Shown: positions 39,001 to 54,255 of the stretch, piece after piece | How the letters are laid out: every line of letters begins with the position of its first letter | Numbering within the stretch: the first letter of the stretch is position 1 | NCBI GenBank assembly: GCA_037379345.1 | Contig: CM074516.1 | Coordinates: 39,035,626-39,099,625 of the forward strand | DNA: 64,000 bases | Origin: Perna viridis | Lineage: Eukaryota | Reading direction: 5' to 3' | Notes under the pieces: model-generated | Told to the model about the DNA's origin: nothing | Database searches by the model: none | The model's input: the letters and a program-made list of their open reading frames with translations, nothing else | Position numbers and translations under genes: made by a program

Positions 39001-42000
39001 TGAAAAATGCAGTTTAAACAAATAATCTGACCAGAACAATATCTCTCCATACATCCTGTGGCTACCTGACAGTTCAATTTAAGAAAAAATATTCCTAAAT
39101 TCAAACAGAACAGCAGGGTTACGGACAGTTTGGAGAATAAAACTGAAGGTTGGTCATTATGTATGCTACAACGATGACTAAGCAGCTTTTAATTAAGGTT
39201 CTCCAAACCAAAGATATACATATCAGAACTATATTAAATGTACATATGTGAACAGTGTTTACATAACCTCTGTCATTCGCCTCGAACCGACCTAGAATAA
39301 CCTCAGGACGCTGGTCAACGATCACAGTTAACTATTCACTCATGGTTAAGGCTTTGTGTAGAGATTAAAATTATGTTTAAATTATACAAAATTGTTTTTA
39401 AAAACCTTTTTAATGTAACATCTTTTTTATCTGATTCGTTTTCCTATTAAAAAGTGTTTAACCTATAAATCAATACAATTTGAGTCCTATAGACCGTTTG
39501 TAAAAAGTTTTCTTTAGCCCAGTGTTAAATGACTGATAAACAGGTATAACTGTCCTGTTTTAAATCATTAAGTTGTACTTCTCTACCTAGAAGGTTGTTT
39601 GCATTTACGTAAGTTCTCGGTACAAGCGGCCATGCATGTGCATGTACATACATCGCGGATTACCCAATACATTAAGGTCTTATCTATCTCCTACAGTAAT
39701 GGATCCAGTAACTCTTTTTCTGGATACCCCCTATTAAATTTGTATTTAAGCAGATAACATGTTTCCTCTTTACAGCTAACATTGAAAATCCTGTCTTGTC
39801 CCTATAATAGCACGTAAATCCTGTTTATTTTTCTGTCATCTGTAACAATAGCCACTGACCATAAAGCGTTAAGATTTCCACCCAAAGGTGGACATTGATT
39901 AAGTGGCAGTGATTTGATTGTGATTTAAGAAAAAAGATCTATTCATTGTTGGGCGTGAATTGATGGATTTAAGAGGAGTATTAATTTGTTCCAGAAGATG
40001 ATTCACACCGGTTATTTAACTTGATTTTCAATTGATTCAAAACGGGATACCCAATCATCATTCTAACGGCTCAAAATGCACCTTTACAAACCAAAGTCTG
40101 TTGACAATATCATGTTATTAATCTCGGTCTCAACTGACAATTTAAGACAATGTGAAAAAGAAAAACACCACACGCACAAAGAAACAATTATGTATGCCAT
40201 AAAGAAGAGGACGAATGTTCGAGTTATTAGCAACAACGATGTTAATCAAACAGTGAAACAATACTGGTAAAACCTGTAAACCTTCAGCTAGTATATACGA
40301 AGCAATTATCGGAGGTATATTATGATTTGAAGTGGCAGAAAATTTACGAAATGTTAACGTTAATATGAGTATCTTTCATAAAAAAAATAATGAAATATGT
40401 ATGCTACTACTCAACGCATCCTGCGATATTTTTCTATACACTTTTGGGAGTAATTTGGCGTACAAGATATATTGCTGAGTAGACGTCGAGCCACAATTTT
40501 GCCATCTGTTAAAGAGGATAAGTAGCGTGCGAAAGAATCGGAAATTCATCGACGACAAATGTTTTTGAGTATCCACATTTTTCAATATTTCACAACACAG
40601 AAAAGGTGTAACATGATATTTTATGCATGATTAAACAGTTCAAGAAGATCAAGTTTTGACAAAGGATATCAAAATGCTCACTTTTCTCAGTTCGATGGAG
40701 ACTGAGCACTAATATTTACATAAAAATCATATCAAAATTTAACCCCAATAAATCTAGCAGAAATGTGTTACTTTCTTGATGATGTTGTTCAAGCTTTACC
40801 TTTCATGCCGGTAAAAATATGTTTCTGAAAACACGTACGAGGGGGTAATTCCTCACAGTTCACTTGCACTGCTTGTCACTACGGCATGATCGATTGAAAA
40901 TGCTTTCTTTTCTATGTTATACTGTGCGTTTTTTTTTTTGTTTTTTTGTTTTGGTCATGTGGAAGACTACTCCAATATAAGGGCGATGTTAATACCGTTA
41001 TAGACATGCCCAATGATTGACACAATTGTCTATTTAAACTTTCTTCTGTTTACTTCAAGCTTAAGATTGAATACAAATCTAAAGACTAAGTCTAATGCGA
41101 TAACTATCTATTTAAATAAATATTCTAAACAAGGGAGTAAATCTACTGATTAAATATGCAACATAACTTTGATGAATCAGTAATCCGATTTCAAAGATTA
41201 AGCAGTTAGGATTATTTTAACTGATTATAGAATCTGCTTATCTGGTCAACAACAAGATTTCTGAACATCAAAGTATTTGGTATTCCGAAGTGAACACGAT
41301 TACCTATATACGTTACAATATGCTCCCAAACATAACGCAAGGAACTGCATTATTGGTAACTATTAGAATTTTTGACGCTTCGCTTCTAAAGCATTGCCGT
41401 GGTGCAGATCTAAACCTTCCTCTGTTTTGGACAATCCGCTTCATAAAGACTTAACAGAAAAGTCAGGAACGACTGTCCTTTATTTACAATACAATTGTTT
41501 ATCATATTACGATGATACCGTTATGTTAACATTAAATATGAACATATGTTTTTTCAATTTTTTCCATTAGCGACTATTTAAACAATTGTAATAGTGTACA
41601 TCTGTTTAAATAACGGCAAAAATGAAGATGTTTCCAAATAATTCTTAAATCGGATTAAGTGTTACGCGTGATTATTTTGTCAAGATGTCTTCAAAGAATA
41701 TTTATCTCCCATTTGAGTAGGATATTAGAAGATAAAAACATAACTTCAAGCAGTTATATTTGTTTTTGGCAGGTAATGTAATGGGTTTTAGGTTTTTTGA
41801 AAATTACTTATTTTACCGGCGAAGCAGGTGCTGGCTGATATTGAAATCCTACTATTTAAAATTAAACCGGAGATCACCCAAATTACCGAAACACGAGCCG
41901 AAACAATAGCGAGGAAAAACTGTCGAGTATCGCTTTTATAGTATTATTTTTTAGATCAATAGAAATTGTAGCCTGTGTCTTTGATCAGATTGTATATTGT

Positions 42001-43537
42001 CTAAGAAATCCTGGGTTTGTAACTCATATTTTGGAAATTTATATTTCTGTTGTAACTTAAGACATGCAACTTTGATCATTTGGGATGCAATGGATTGATA
42101 CATGTTAAAGTATTGCTATCGGACGCCAAACAGTTTTGAATAATAGGAAAGTATAGAAGGACGCGATATTACTATACTACAGCCGAATTAACTTGGTGAC
42201 TAATATATCCACAAAAATGTAGAATCATTTACATGATTGTAGTTGCTTTCTCGTAAGAGACAAATACTGTTTTACCAAACAGCTGTAACAGACAGACAAA
42301 AGAAATTCAATTATCCATTTATCAATAAATACGAACGATTTCTATTGATAATCGTTTTTGTTTACGCGGTTATGTCACTCTGTAAACATCATTACATGGT
42401 GTCTTGTAACGCTAAGTAGACCTTTATAATCCCCACCTATAGCACACTTTCTATGGGTCGTTTTTCCACAAATGAAGGCCGACACTACTTCAACATATGT
42501 TATCAAATATTATGCCATAATATTTTTGTTAAGAATTTGTAAATTTATCAAAAATAAATGAGTATTGATGCAAATAAAATTGATAAGGGTTATTAAGTGA
42601 AATCTGGTGGAAAGTTTGTTCACACCTTTGTTATTGTCGATGTCCATTGTCAGGTACAAAGCAGATAATTGTAAGATTTCCCGCCATTTTACCTATAAAA
42701 ATATCTAGTATTTTCAACACAGGTGCGACTGGACAGTTCGGCCATATTGCAATACTCAAACAAAATATCAGAATGTTTAATTAAAATGTGACCAAACTTG
42801 CAAAATCGAGTGCTGCGGGATGGGTCCAAGTATGAAAATTCCCATTTGATTCATTTTAATGGTTGTTATCAACGTCTGTATTTTTATAAACAAATGGTAA
42901 TTTTGTAATCAGGTCTTTTCGATGATTGACGTGGTTAAATCAGTATCTAAACTTGAAAGTCAAAGGACATAGATAAACGAGAAAAATAAACAGAAATCAC
43001 GTCAAGCTATATGAAACCGAATATAAACACCGAAAACTAAAAATCGGGTTCACCGATAGTGTGAGGGACTTCTTTTTTCTTTTTTTTCCCTTTCTTTATG
43101 CTTGTTTGTTTTGTTTTGTTTGTTTTTAAACACCCTTCAAATTCATTTTTTCTTTGTTTATTGATAAATCGTCGAAAGCACAAAAGTCTTGATTAAGTGA
43201 AGAAAACAAATAGGTACAAACATTCTATGTAGCAACTGAGAACAAATACACAAATGCATACATATAACTGAAAATGGATATTGAATTACTCTCCAATAGT
43301 ATAGACTAACGGGGTATAAAAATGATAACAGCTTCGATCGTGTCTGTCTCAGTTCGTAAGATATCTATCTTTTAATGGGATGACAACGATTATTTTATCA
43401 CTTAATTGTCATATTTTATTTTGAACTTGTCTATCAAAATAGGTATTTTATTTAGGCCTGCAGCGAAACCTTTTACCCAGAATTACCTATTCAGGTTTAC
43501 GAGTTATGAACAGAAATATCATCGTCATTTTCGTACT

Positions 43538-44307
43538 ATCCGTTTTCTTACGCAAAGCTTCCAATAGTAAGTGAGGCATGAGTGCGTCTGCCGCTGCTTT
43601 GAGCTTGGTTATATAACAGGTCCGGAAAGGGTTTGGATGGTGTTCAGAAGCCTTGCGTTGGAAAACAAATAGTACGAAAGAGGTGATCCTTCACAAAACA
43701 TGCACAACTAATTTATATTTCAGCATCTTATTACATACAAAGTTTTTACGGCTTGAAATGAGCGATGTCATGGGCATTTTATGGAAAGAATTTTTTGTTT
43801 ATGGGTTCTGTTCTAAAACTCGAAAGCTGAGGAAATAGCATTTCGGTAGTTCTCTTTGTATGTTTTGCATATAGACCATTTCGGCATTTTTACTGGAATT
43901 CGTTCATTTTGTTTTGTTTTGTTTTTTTTTTCGTATTTCAAAATCCACGTTTAAGTTTTCTACTTTAACTTTCTTTTCTTCGTATGGTTCATCCTTTCTA
44001 GCGTGATATATTTACCCATTCAAATGATTACACATTATTTTAGTAATCAAATATTTAATCTTTAAATTGGATGCCATCGTCAAATAAAACACTTGTCAAC
44101 ATCTCAACAATGTACAAAACATTTCAATAAAACAAATTTCACTGTGCCTTTAGCATTATTCAGTATCTATTGACACATCTAAATCCAGTTACTGTCTGAC
44201 ACGGAACCCCATCCGATCCCTTTCCGGACCTGTTATATAACCAAGCTCAAAGCAGCGGTAGACGAACTCGTACCTCACTATTGGAAGCCTTGCGTAGGAA
44301 AATGGAT
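43538..44307. mobile_element. Foldback/MITE-like element with ~105-bp inverted arms
   Basis: 43538-43646 is the reverse complement of ~44204-44307, including the perfect core CCGCTGCTTTGAGCTTGGTTATATAACAGGTCCGGAAAGGG. Confidence 0.75.
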
Positions 44308-47300
44308 CGTTGTTTATAGCTATCATATTGATATTTAAAGCGGCTGTCGGAGCCCTTCAAAGGTTGTGTTGTGAAGATACTGATTAGAAATAACAGGGAT
44401 ATTTGTTAGCCACCCTCCATCCAGGCTATAGACCTAAACGTTCAGAGACTCTGCTAATTCGAGAAACTTTAAAATCCGAGGCCACGTGTATTTATTAGGG
44501 TTTGTCGATAATCATGCATGCTAATACAGATTGCCATACGTTAACCAAGACAGACGGGAAAGTGTTGAGTTGGCTGTACAACCATTCGAGACTACCTAGA
44601 ATGCCATTTTGTTTAAATTTAAAAGCATTTGCCAACTTGAATTGAGACAATTATAAACAATAAGGAAAGTCATTTGTAATGTTTAGACGTAAACATCTGT
44701 TTAAAAATAACAAAAATGTAATAACATTTCTAGGGTGTTTTCTTTATTTTTTATAATCTGGGCCACGGTTTCCCATTTCGAATAACTAGACAGCACCAAG
44801 TTGAGAATGGGAGTTACTGCAATATTTTCATCTTACGGACAGTAATATCTTTTATAAGTTTATCATTGTTACCGATACATAATTTCGATCAATCTCAATC
44901 GAAAAATAATAACCAAAATCCCGAAAGTACCGACCCTTCCAACACTTTATTCGTTGAGAAACAATACACAATGAATTCGGAAAACATACGTACTTGTATA
45001 TTATTTGGAGTTTCAAGCAGAAAATAAATTGTATTTTTGGAATTAAGCGCAGGTGTTTGGTTTTCAGTATTGAATACTGGTCAAAATTGTCAAGAGATTG
45101 TCCAATTTGTCAACGCAACTAATTATTTATCATCGCCATCCGAAGGTATCAAATATTGATGTCTTAAATAATTGATGGGTTTCCTAATTCAATAATGACT
45201 TTTCCGATATTTGAAAATGCCAGATGAAAATACTGGAACATAAAGCAAATCCTTGCAACTAAACACACAACCGTAACACTCAATGATATCGTTTTTAATA
45301 ATATTGTTAGCGACTTCTTGCACTTGTAATTTCACATTCGCATATGATTTGACTTCTCCTCATTAAGCAGCTGATCATTGCCGTGTTTACAGTCACAGCT
45401 TCGTAGTTCTAGCTTCATACGAGATCAAAATATACATCTTAAATATCATACACAATGTGTTCTACGTGTGTTTTTGCTTGTAAGAGAAAAGATGAATGAT
45501 CGATTGGCATTGAACATTACCCAGTTTTCGATTCAGACCCATGGTTCGTTACAATTGACTGTATAGGTCATATACATTATCAAGGCCCCGATATCTATAT
45601 ATAGCCATTGCCAGTTCTGTAAGCAGTTACTGTTACGAAAGAGTAATCATATCAAGGGAACCAAGATTCTGGGGGGTGGGGAGAAGTCACCAGATTTTAG
45701 ACCATATCGCATTCATGCCATTTCGGTAGTTGAAAGTAAGCCAAAATCAGTGGCATAGAATATTTGACGATTAGGGACTTAGGAGACTTCAGTCTTTGAT
45801 TTTTTTCACATAGACGGTATACAAAATACATATATTGAGTAGTACCAAGAACGATAACTCAAATTCAACACAAATACCAATCGGAATATGGTCTCAGTAT
45901 CGTATTAATTTTTCCATAGATTTCTACAGTGAAGTGCATATTTTTAGGATTTTTAAAAAATATGTAAATTGATTCAATAAAACTTTCACTTATGTAGCAT
46001 TTCTAAGGACATGTGAAAAAATAATTTCCCGCAAAGAAAATAGGGCGAGTCCACGAAGATCGGACAGAAAAGTAGTCTTGAACTATAAATAGCCATTTTC
46101 CCTACTTTCACTTTCATTTTGCACTCACCAAACCAACCTTTTCAGTGGAACATTTTTAGATAAGATTAGTGGCAGATCCAAGATTTGAGTTTGGGTGGGG
46201 GGTGTAGCGTTAATTGAATTAAATGCCGTGCAAAGTCAGGCAAAAAATATTATGGAGTAAAACTTATATATTTTTCATCGATTAAGGGGGGGCGTACGCC
46301 CAGCACGGCGGTCCTTGGATCCGCGTCTGGATTATACCAATAAGTTTATGAAATATAACGATTTAGCCTTTTTCCATTATTTCTTACAACAACCTTAAGG
46401 GGGTGAGTATTTGGTTCTGATGGGAAGGGATAGCAGTTTATTCTTGTCCTGAAAATGTTAAATGAAAATAAATATTCTGGCCTATACCTCCTTGAAAAAA
46501 ATGTTCTGTCTTCAGTCCAGATACACCATACAGTGATATAGAAATAAATAATCTTTTCCCAATGTGGTTGAAAATAAATTTTCTTACTTGCAAATTTTCT
46601 GACCCCACAGATTTGCCAGGCCTCCCTAAGAATCAGAGTCGTCACCTAAATAATTTTCAAATATCTGCTTAAAAAGAGATCAACAAATTTGGAACATTCA
46701 AAGCACAACTAAAATTGTAAATGTACATACACAGACATATATTCTTTGTTCTTAGTGCAGTCAAATATGACGCAATGAAAACTATATGACCTATATGTGA
46801 TTTCATGTTTGTTTTCATTGCAAATGTCAAAGGCTGCATTAGTTCATATCCTAGACATAATGTTGACTTTCATTTTTCTTAAAATGATTTAAAGGGGGGT
46901 GATCATTTGTTTTTGGAGGACTGGCTGATTGTTGGGTCAGAATATTTATTTTTGAAATTTCGCGAGTATGAAAAAATATTTTTAACCAGGTCAGAACAAG
47001 ATTATTTATTTCCATTTCACTGTATGAAGTTATTTATTTCCATTTCACTGTATGAAGTGTCTGGACTGAGTTCCAAATTTAATTTATTTTCTAGAAGGTG
47101 TAATCCGAAATAATTATTTTAACTTTTTCTGGACCAGACGATATTTATTTCAAAAACCTAACCCTCCCCATCAGAATCAAATTTTCGTTCCCCTATACAT
47201 AAAAGCCAAATTATCTTTCTTTTCTTTTTTTCAAGGATATTTGAAGTTCAAATCGTAAAATCCCTGATCAATAGACAAAATGTATCAAATAGAGGGAAAA

Positions 47301-47439
47301 TACTTAGTTTTGTTCCTTTCGTATTTATCTTAAAAGGTTTTGATCTGTTACATTTATACATTTATAAATTAGCAAAGTGATGGTTTTAGGATACAAACAT
47401 TGGTGTCTTCGATTTGGTAATGAAGTAGCTTCATGGTTT

Positions 47440-47906
47440 ATTGTTTACAGGGTAATGCTTCAGCCGCCCTGATATTTGTTTACAGGGTAATGATGCTTCA
47501 GCCCTGATATTTGTTTACAGGGTAATGCTTCAGCCCTGATATTTGTTTACAGGGTAATGATGCTTCAGTCCTGATATTTGTTTACAGGGTAATGCTTCAG
47601 TCCTGATATTTGTTTACAGGGTAATGCTTCAGCCCTAATATTTGTTTACAGGGTAATGATGCTTCAGCCCTGATATTTGTTTACAGGGTAATGCTTCAGC
47701 CCTGATATTTGTTTACAGGGTAATGCTTCAGCCCTGATATTTGTTTACAGGGTAATGATGCTTCAGCCCTGATATTTGTTTACAGGGTAATGCTTCAGCC
47801 CTGCTATTTGTTTACAGGGTAATGATGCTTCAGCCCTGATATTTGTTTACAGGGTAATGCTTCAGCCCTGATATTTGTTTACAGGGTAATGCTTCAGCCT
47901 GATATT
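47440..47906. repeat. Minisatellite, 14 copies of a 32/35-bp unit
   Basis: Unit CCCTGATATTTGTTTACAGGGTAAT(GAT)GCTTCAG, near-identical copies. Confidence 0.95.
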
Positions 47907-50900
47907 TTCGAATTGTTCATTGCAGGTCTTATATTATGTATGTTTGAATAATAATTTGTTAGTATATTTCATTAATCGAATTAAAAAGATTTTTAAAATA
48001 TAGTTCTAAACAGATATGTTAGGTAAACCTTATTAGGTATTGTTTATTAGGTACTCTTTGAATTAATACGTAAGTCACATTTTTTTACACTGGCTTATGA
48101 CTTGATAGCATAGAAACTCTTTCCCTGTGTGCATCTACATGTATCAGCATTTGGTAAACATCACACAACTTCAAAATTTAAGCTACAAACGGTAGGTAAA
48201 ATTACGTGTAGTATTGTATAACGAACATCTGGCATAAAATGAAATTTTGACCAGAAAGTTATCTTAACTAAATGGATTAAATACATAATTTGGACATTTT
48301 TCAACATCTCCAGTATATACGTGCTTACTACTTGACAAATGCATTTAATGTATAAGAATTCAAAAGTATGTCCTAAAAAGAATGACAAGTAAAGTTCATT
48401 CGAGCATGACAAACGTGTTTCCGTATTCTGATACATTGTTAACGATACGTTTGAGTCTATTCACTTCACTCTTGTCAAATTTCAGAGGAATGCAAACTAA
48501 CCATTGTATTGTTTGACAGATAAAATACATTTTATTGACTCTTTAATGCTGTTTTAGCGATTAAATAGCCAGGGCCAATTTATTCCGCCCTGTCCGACAC
48601 CCATTAAACACACCGTTTAATTTGACAATTAGTGAACTCAAGACACATTGTCAAAAGAAACCGTTATGCTAATTATCAGAACATGAAAAGACTCATTTCT
48701 CAGTGGGTTGTACCGGGGAACAGTCGTGGGAAAATAAAGCTATATAAGTTTCTGGCGATGCATTGAAATCGCGTTTAATCAAAGACTAGATGAAACAATT
48801 CCAAGTATCCAGCTTTAGACTAATATATATACAAGTATGCTGTCAACAGACCTCAGCGTGACCCCGATTAAGACTATGTTGTCAATAAAAATTCAGAACA
48901 AACTGCAAGGCAACAGAATGAATTTAACAATTGCCATTTACATCCATTTATTTTAGAGTCTGTTCTGTGCCACTCCGAACATATCTTACCATTTGTATCT
49001 TAAATTGTACATATTTTTTTCGGTATTTCTTGGCCTTCGAACTCTTCTTTTTCCTTGAGGGTTCCTCTGCAATGCTTGCCTGGTAAAGGAGTTATCTGGC
49101 TTTCATAGCATGTATACTATCCAGCACCGTATCTGCTTTTACGAGCTGCCAATGATAGATTGACATTGATGATTTTCTTTTTTTGGTGGTGGGGGGGGGG
49201 GAGGCATCTGATTTTCAGTTTTCAGTATTTGTCTGAGGCAGTTAATTGTTGGCGAAGACTTTTACCTTGTTTAGGGGTCATTTTGTAGTTTTCAATTTTA
49301 TGTAACTATATTTAAGGTTAAAGTTCAATATTTTAGAGAGCTCTGAAGTCACAGCATTTGCTATTTATTTCAAACTTTTGTCATTGTTTTATGCAAAACG
49401 TCAGTGGTTGACTTTTAAAGGTTCTGATAAGGTATGATAATGGCTAGTTTGATGGCGTGGATTTATGATTGCTGTTAATTCAGAATGTTTGTTAAGATTG
49501 AGTAGTGTGGAAATTATGAATATATATCTTTTGCAAATCCTTTTATACATTGCATCTACACCTACTGAAGATTTTAGGCACAAACTGACGATAGTCTCCT
49601 TAGAATCACATATCTTGCTTCATTCATGAAAAATGATGGTAACAGCTGAAGAAGATGTTAGTAAAGATACAAAAGATCACAACTTTTCGTTGAGGGTATT
49701 TCTCAAGCCATTATTATGACATTTCAATGCAATTTTTAACACTATTCGCAAAGAAAATCACTGACTACCTCAGCTGTTACTTTGATTGTGCTATTGCGTG
49801 TAGATAACTCGACAATTACCCATAATGAGTTTCAACGGCGAGTCATTAGTCACTTATATCATTAAAACGTCACTAAATGACAAGCTAATAATAAGATACA
49901 TCTTAATTTTCATTTTCGAGTTTAATTTTATTTGTTCAAATTTCGTGAAATTAATTTTCCTCAAACTCAATAAGCAGGTGTTGACGAATGAATTTTCTGG
50001 GTTAGAAATTGTCATTGTTACAAATTTGACATCGCATGTCTACAATGGAGTGTCAGTTACGAGAGCAAGTTAGAAAATGGTCGTAAAATGATAATTGATG
50101 TAATTAATCATAATCTGATAATGAGTGACGGCCATGGACGTATGTTTCATAACAGAAAAGCAGTTGAATGCAAGTATCTATATAAGCCATGGATGCTTAA
50201 AAGTCTTTATGTCAATAAATAGAAAGTTAAAGGTAGAAATAAAACATAACGATACAAAATGTGAAAATCTTTAGTTCGCGGAAAAGGAAACTGATAAAAG
50301 ATATTTTATTCTAAGTCTCAACCCAGCTGTAAAAAATCTAATTAATTCTAGAAAATGCTTGAAATCCTTTAACAGGCACGCATTCGACTTCATAAAACGC
50401 TATCGCAACAGATGTAAAATCAGACTTTACACCAATTAAAATAATAAAATTTACATCTTATTCAAACTAATGTTTTGTTCTGGTTTAATTCGGCTGGAAA
50501 CAAGCCACTCGACGGAGTTGTTTCGGGTCAGAGGTCTACGTCTTTAAAGGGCATATCGTCACGTCGCGTGCTACCAAGGAGCAGTTTTGGCGTTTGAAGT
50601 GGATAAAAAGTTAATTTGTCTTCGTGTTTTGAAATCCTGAACACATAATCGATGTTTAGGCCAAAGGGTTTCCGTCTGCAAGAATTGTTTTGTTTGGAAT
50701 TAAGATAAAAGTATGACTGTTCTTACGGACTAAACAATGAAAAAAAACTTTGAAAATTATGTGTTGTCTCCATGGACATTACTACACAATCAGGAAGAAG
50801 TAACTGCAGTTGAATCCTCATCGTTATTCCCAATATTTTATAATTATTGTTGTCCCTATAAAATTCACATACAGAGCTAATCGTTGTTCAATAACAATTA

Positions 50901-53900
50901 TAACATTATACTCGTTACATCAACTACCGAATTCAACAATTTTCTATTTGTTTTCAAACATTATAATTCAAGAATGTCTGTTTTATTCAAAGATGAAGGT
51001 ATTCCAGATTTTACAATTCTCCATTGTAAAAGATGGAAACAATTCATATTTTGTCTCACTTGATGTACATCTATAATAAAATGTGACATGAATATAATGC
51101 GAACATGTTTCTATATTGATATGAACCAACTGCTGCTCAAATAATATAGAAACGTATTACATTAAGAAATATTTTATATACATAAAAGCATTCTATAAAC
51201 GGATATTAGGGTGTATTAAACACAAACACCTGCATGTCTAGATCTATAGAACAACAAATAATGGTACTCCTCAACATAAAGACATATTCCTTAATGCGCA
51301 TTTTTATAATAAAAGTAACAACATTGCACTAAGTAACCTTCCTACACGTTTTTGTATAAATGTCATTATACTGAATACTACCATTAATATAAAAATGCCA
51401 ACTGCTTTTCACATTCCAAAAAATAATCATTATTAACGATATCATACGAGGGAATATGATGACTGTTGTGATGCAGAGTAAAATATGCCATCCGATGATT
51501 CCATGAATTTAGAATAACTAGTGAATGTACACCATGATACTTTGATTACCCAAAAACGTTCGAATAACACAAAAAGTACATTTACTTTATCATAATGCAA
51601 CTAAATATCAAACCTACATCAAAACCGCCTAGCTTAACGAGCCAGGTGCATGTCATTTTTGGAAGAAATAACATTTTTCTGCTTGTCAATTTCTGCAGTA
51701 TAGCCAGTCAGTGGAAGATTCGTGTCTAGATAGGTTGAAAATTAACACCAATCGCCCTTGATGACCAGTGTTGACGAATTGCCGTAACTCCGTACTAACA
51801 AAGATATTAACCAAACATTTTGTGTGCAACATTTAAACAGAACAGTCCACGCAAAACAGATCTCAGGAGATGAGGAAAAAGGACGATATCGCGACAATGT
51901 AAAGAATGTAGCCTTTTTGAAAATGAAAAGAAAAACATTTTATGCTGAAGTGTCCATAGTATTCAGACAAGAAACCGTGCTACAGCTGCTTTTACGTCTA
52001 ATGTAACTGTTATTTTGCTAAAGTTGTATCAATTATGGACAAATCGAACCAAATCATTCACACTGTTAATAATATTCCTTTTTTAATACAATTCTTAGAT
52101 AGGATAAAATTCTTCAGATGATCCAATTGTGCTCTTACTTAATATTTTTACGATAAAAAGTACATCATACATAAACCTTTAAAGGTCGACTGACTGTAAT
52201 AGAACTCGTGGTTGTACAGAATGTTTAATATATATATATATGCTGTGAGCACTAATTACTTTTTTCCATAAAAATGCGAATTCAATACGCCATTCACTTT
52301 ATAACTCATCCACTCAGTAACCACCCAGAGACATGTAATACTGTATATATATTCGACCAGTTTGTTAAAGTGGACGTCTTTCGTGCTTTAGGGACTTACG
52401 ATTTTTTACCGACAGTGGGACTCCTTTCCTCTGACTACTGAAAACAGAAAAAAGTCTTTATCCTCATAGTCATTTGCAAAGTTTTTGGTTGACAAGAATT
52501 GGAGAGCGACCTGTAAAAATTATGTGTGACCGTTGCATTGTTGTGTGAAGCGATTTGCGCAGACTTGGCATCTGACATCGTACCTCACGATGAATGGAAC
52601 CATCTGAATGATTAGATATTCGTCACAACAATTCATTACGAGGGACAGTCAAAGAACCCAACCGAATGTCGGGGATGTATATATATGGTTTGAGGAAAAA
52701 TTTAGGTAAACAGGATTTTTTTACAAGTTTGGCTAAATCTCGAGATTTGACACGAGCACGTAAGCGCAAAACTTTTGAATTTTGTATATGAAATATGGGG
52801 GATCCCCACCAAAAGCCGGTAACTTAACGTCTATGCATCGATATCATCCTCATCTTTATGCCCGTTTTTCCTCATCACTTTCATCTGTAGTTTCTGTTTT
52901 TTCATCATGATTTGTACTAAAATACCTACACCAAGTATCTGCCCTTCGGCCAAATCGTGTAACTGTATTTTCACACAAAAAGGGACGCTTCTTTTTTCTG
53001 GTAATTATCCCCCCTTTATAGCAACATGAGCAAAATGAAACCCCCCACTTGCCAGTAAAAAATGATAAGCCTTTATATCAGTAAATAGGACATGAATAAG
53101 AGGATACTTAAGTATGATGCATTATTTATTTTCTCCGACATTTTTATATAAAAGTAGAAACCTTGAACTATTTTATATCGATATACATCGAGAGATAAGT
53201 AAAGGATTTAAACCCTTAGCAAAACAAATTTACTATTTTCTTAATCTTTCCCACAGGAAAAAACACTTGAAAAATTGCAGAAAAAGTTGAATAGTCTATT
53301 CTCTCCAACAATACTTTTTAATGATCTTTGTCAGGTTAAAGCGGGTCACTTATTGTTGCCGAGTGAATCAAATGGTTATTTAAGCTCTTCAATTTGTCAA
53401 CCTTCATCTGTAAAAAGGATTTTATATGCCACTTTATGGACACAAGGTCACGTCAAATGCCATTTTGAAAATTGATGTCAAGTGTTAATTGAACCTTAAG
53501 TCAAACGACAATAAATGTATTCTTTTTGGTCTAAAATGCCTCATTTCACAAACTACAGTAGACTCCTCATTGAAAAGTCGGAAAGTCCTTAGTTGCAAGT
53601 TAGGATTCAACAAGATATAGTCAGCATCCACCACCGAAAAAAAGCTATATATGTTGTGTAAGTGACTTGCTACAAGTCACTTAATCTAAATTTAGGAAGA
53701 AATGAAATAGTAGATTGATCACATGCCTCGATCTGAGAGAAAACTTACTTTACGTTGCAAGTAAGAACTAAGCCACTTTCTCAACAGGCACAAGTGGTGT
53801 TATCAGAGAGGTTAATTACACAGAAAATATTACAAAGGGACTCGTAGTCGGTATAGATATGTAGATAAAAATATATTCTTTCTAAATATGAAGCCGCATG

Positions 53901-54069
53901 ATTTGTAATGTTATTTTAAGAAACATTGCGTATTTGTAAGATATTTTAAACTACAAACTGCACGTATCATATATTTTCGTTGCAAGAACAGCAAAAAATA
54001 GTAAATGTGATCGTTTAAACGACAAGTTATGATTATGACATTAACTTTATTTTACCGAGCACAACCCTA

Positions 54070-54255
54070 AGTGCCACGCATGAGAATCATCTGGTTCACA
54101 CCATATGATTTTCATATGAGTCGAGCATATGGCAATCTCGAGTTTCGCGTTTGCAAGCGCATGACAATCATGTTTTTTTTACGTGTTTCCAAGTTAAAAT
54201 CAACATAATATGACTATCATATGATTATCATATAGATGACACATTTAGCAGTGTA
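54070..54255. mobile_element. Decayed copy of the CATATG-subrepeat element
   Basis: GTGCCACGCATGAGAATCAT...CATATGATTATCATAT...CACATTTAGCAGTGTA. Confidence 0.55.

Noticed and set aside
47440-47906. CRISPR-like array, or I-SceI half-site (ACAGGGTAAT)
   Set aside because: Head-to-tail repeats with no unique spacers, a eukaryotic context and no cas genes. Only 10 of 18 nt of the I-SceI site are present.
48950-49150. Lys/Arg-rich minus-strand frame (EEPSRKKKSSKAKKYRKK)
   Set aside because: Contains an in-frame stop, has no partner exons and no recognisable family.
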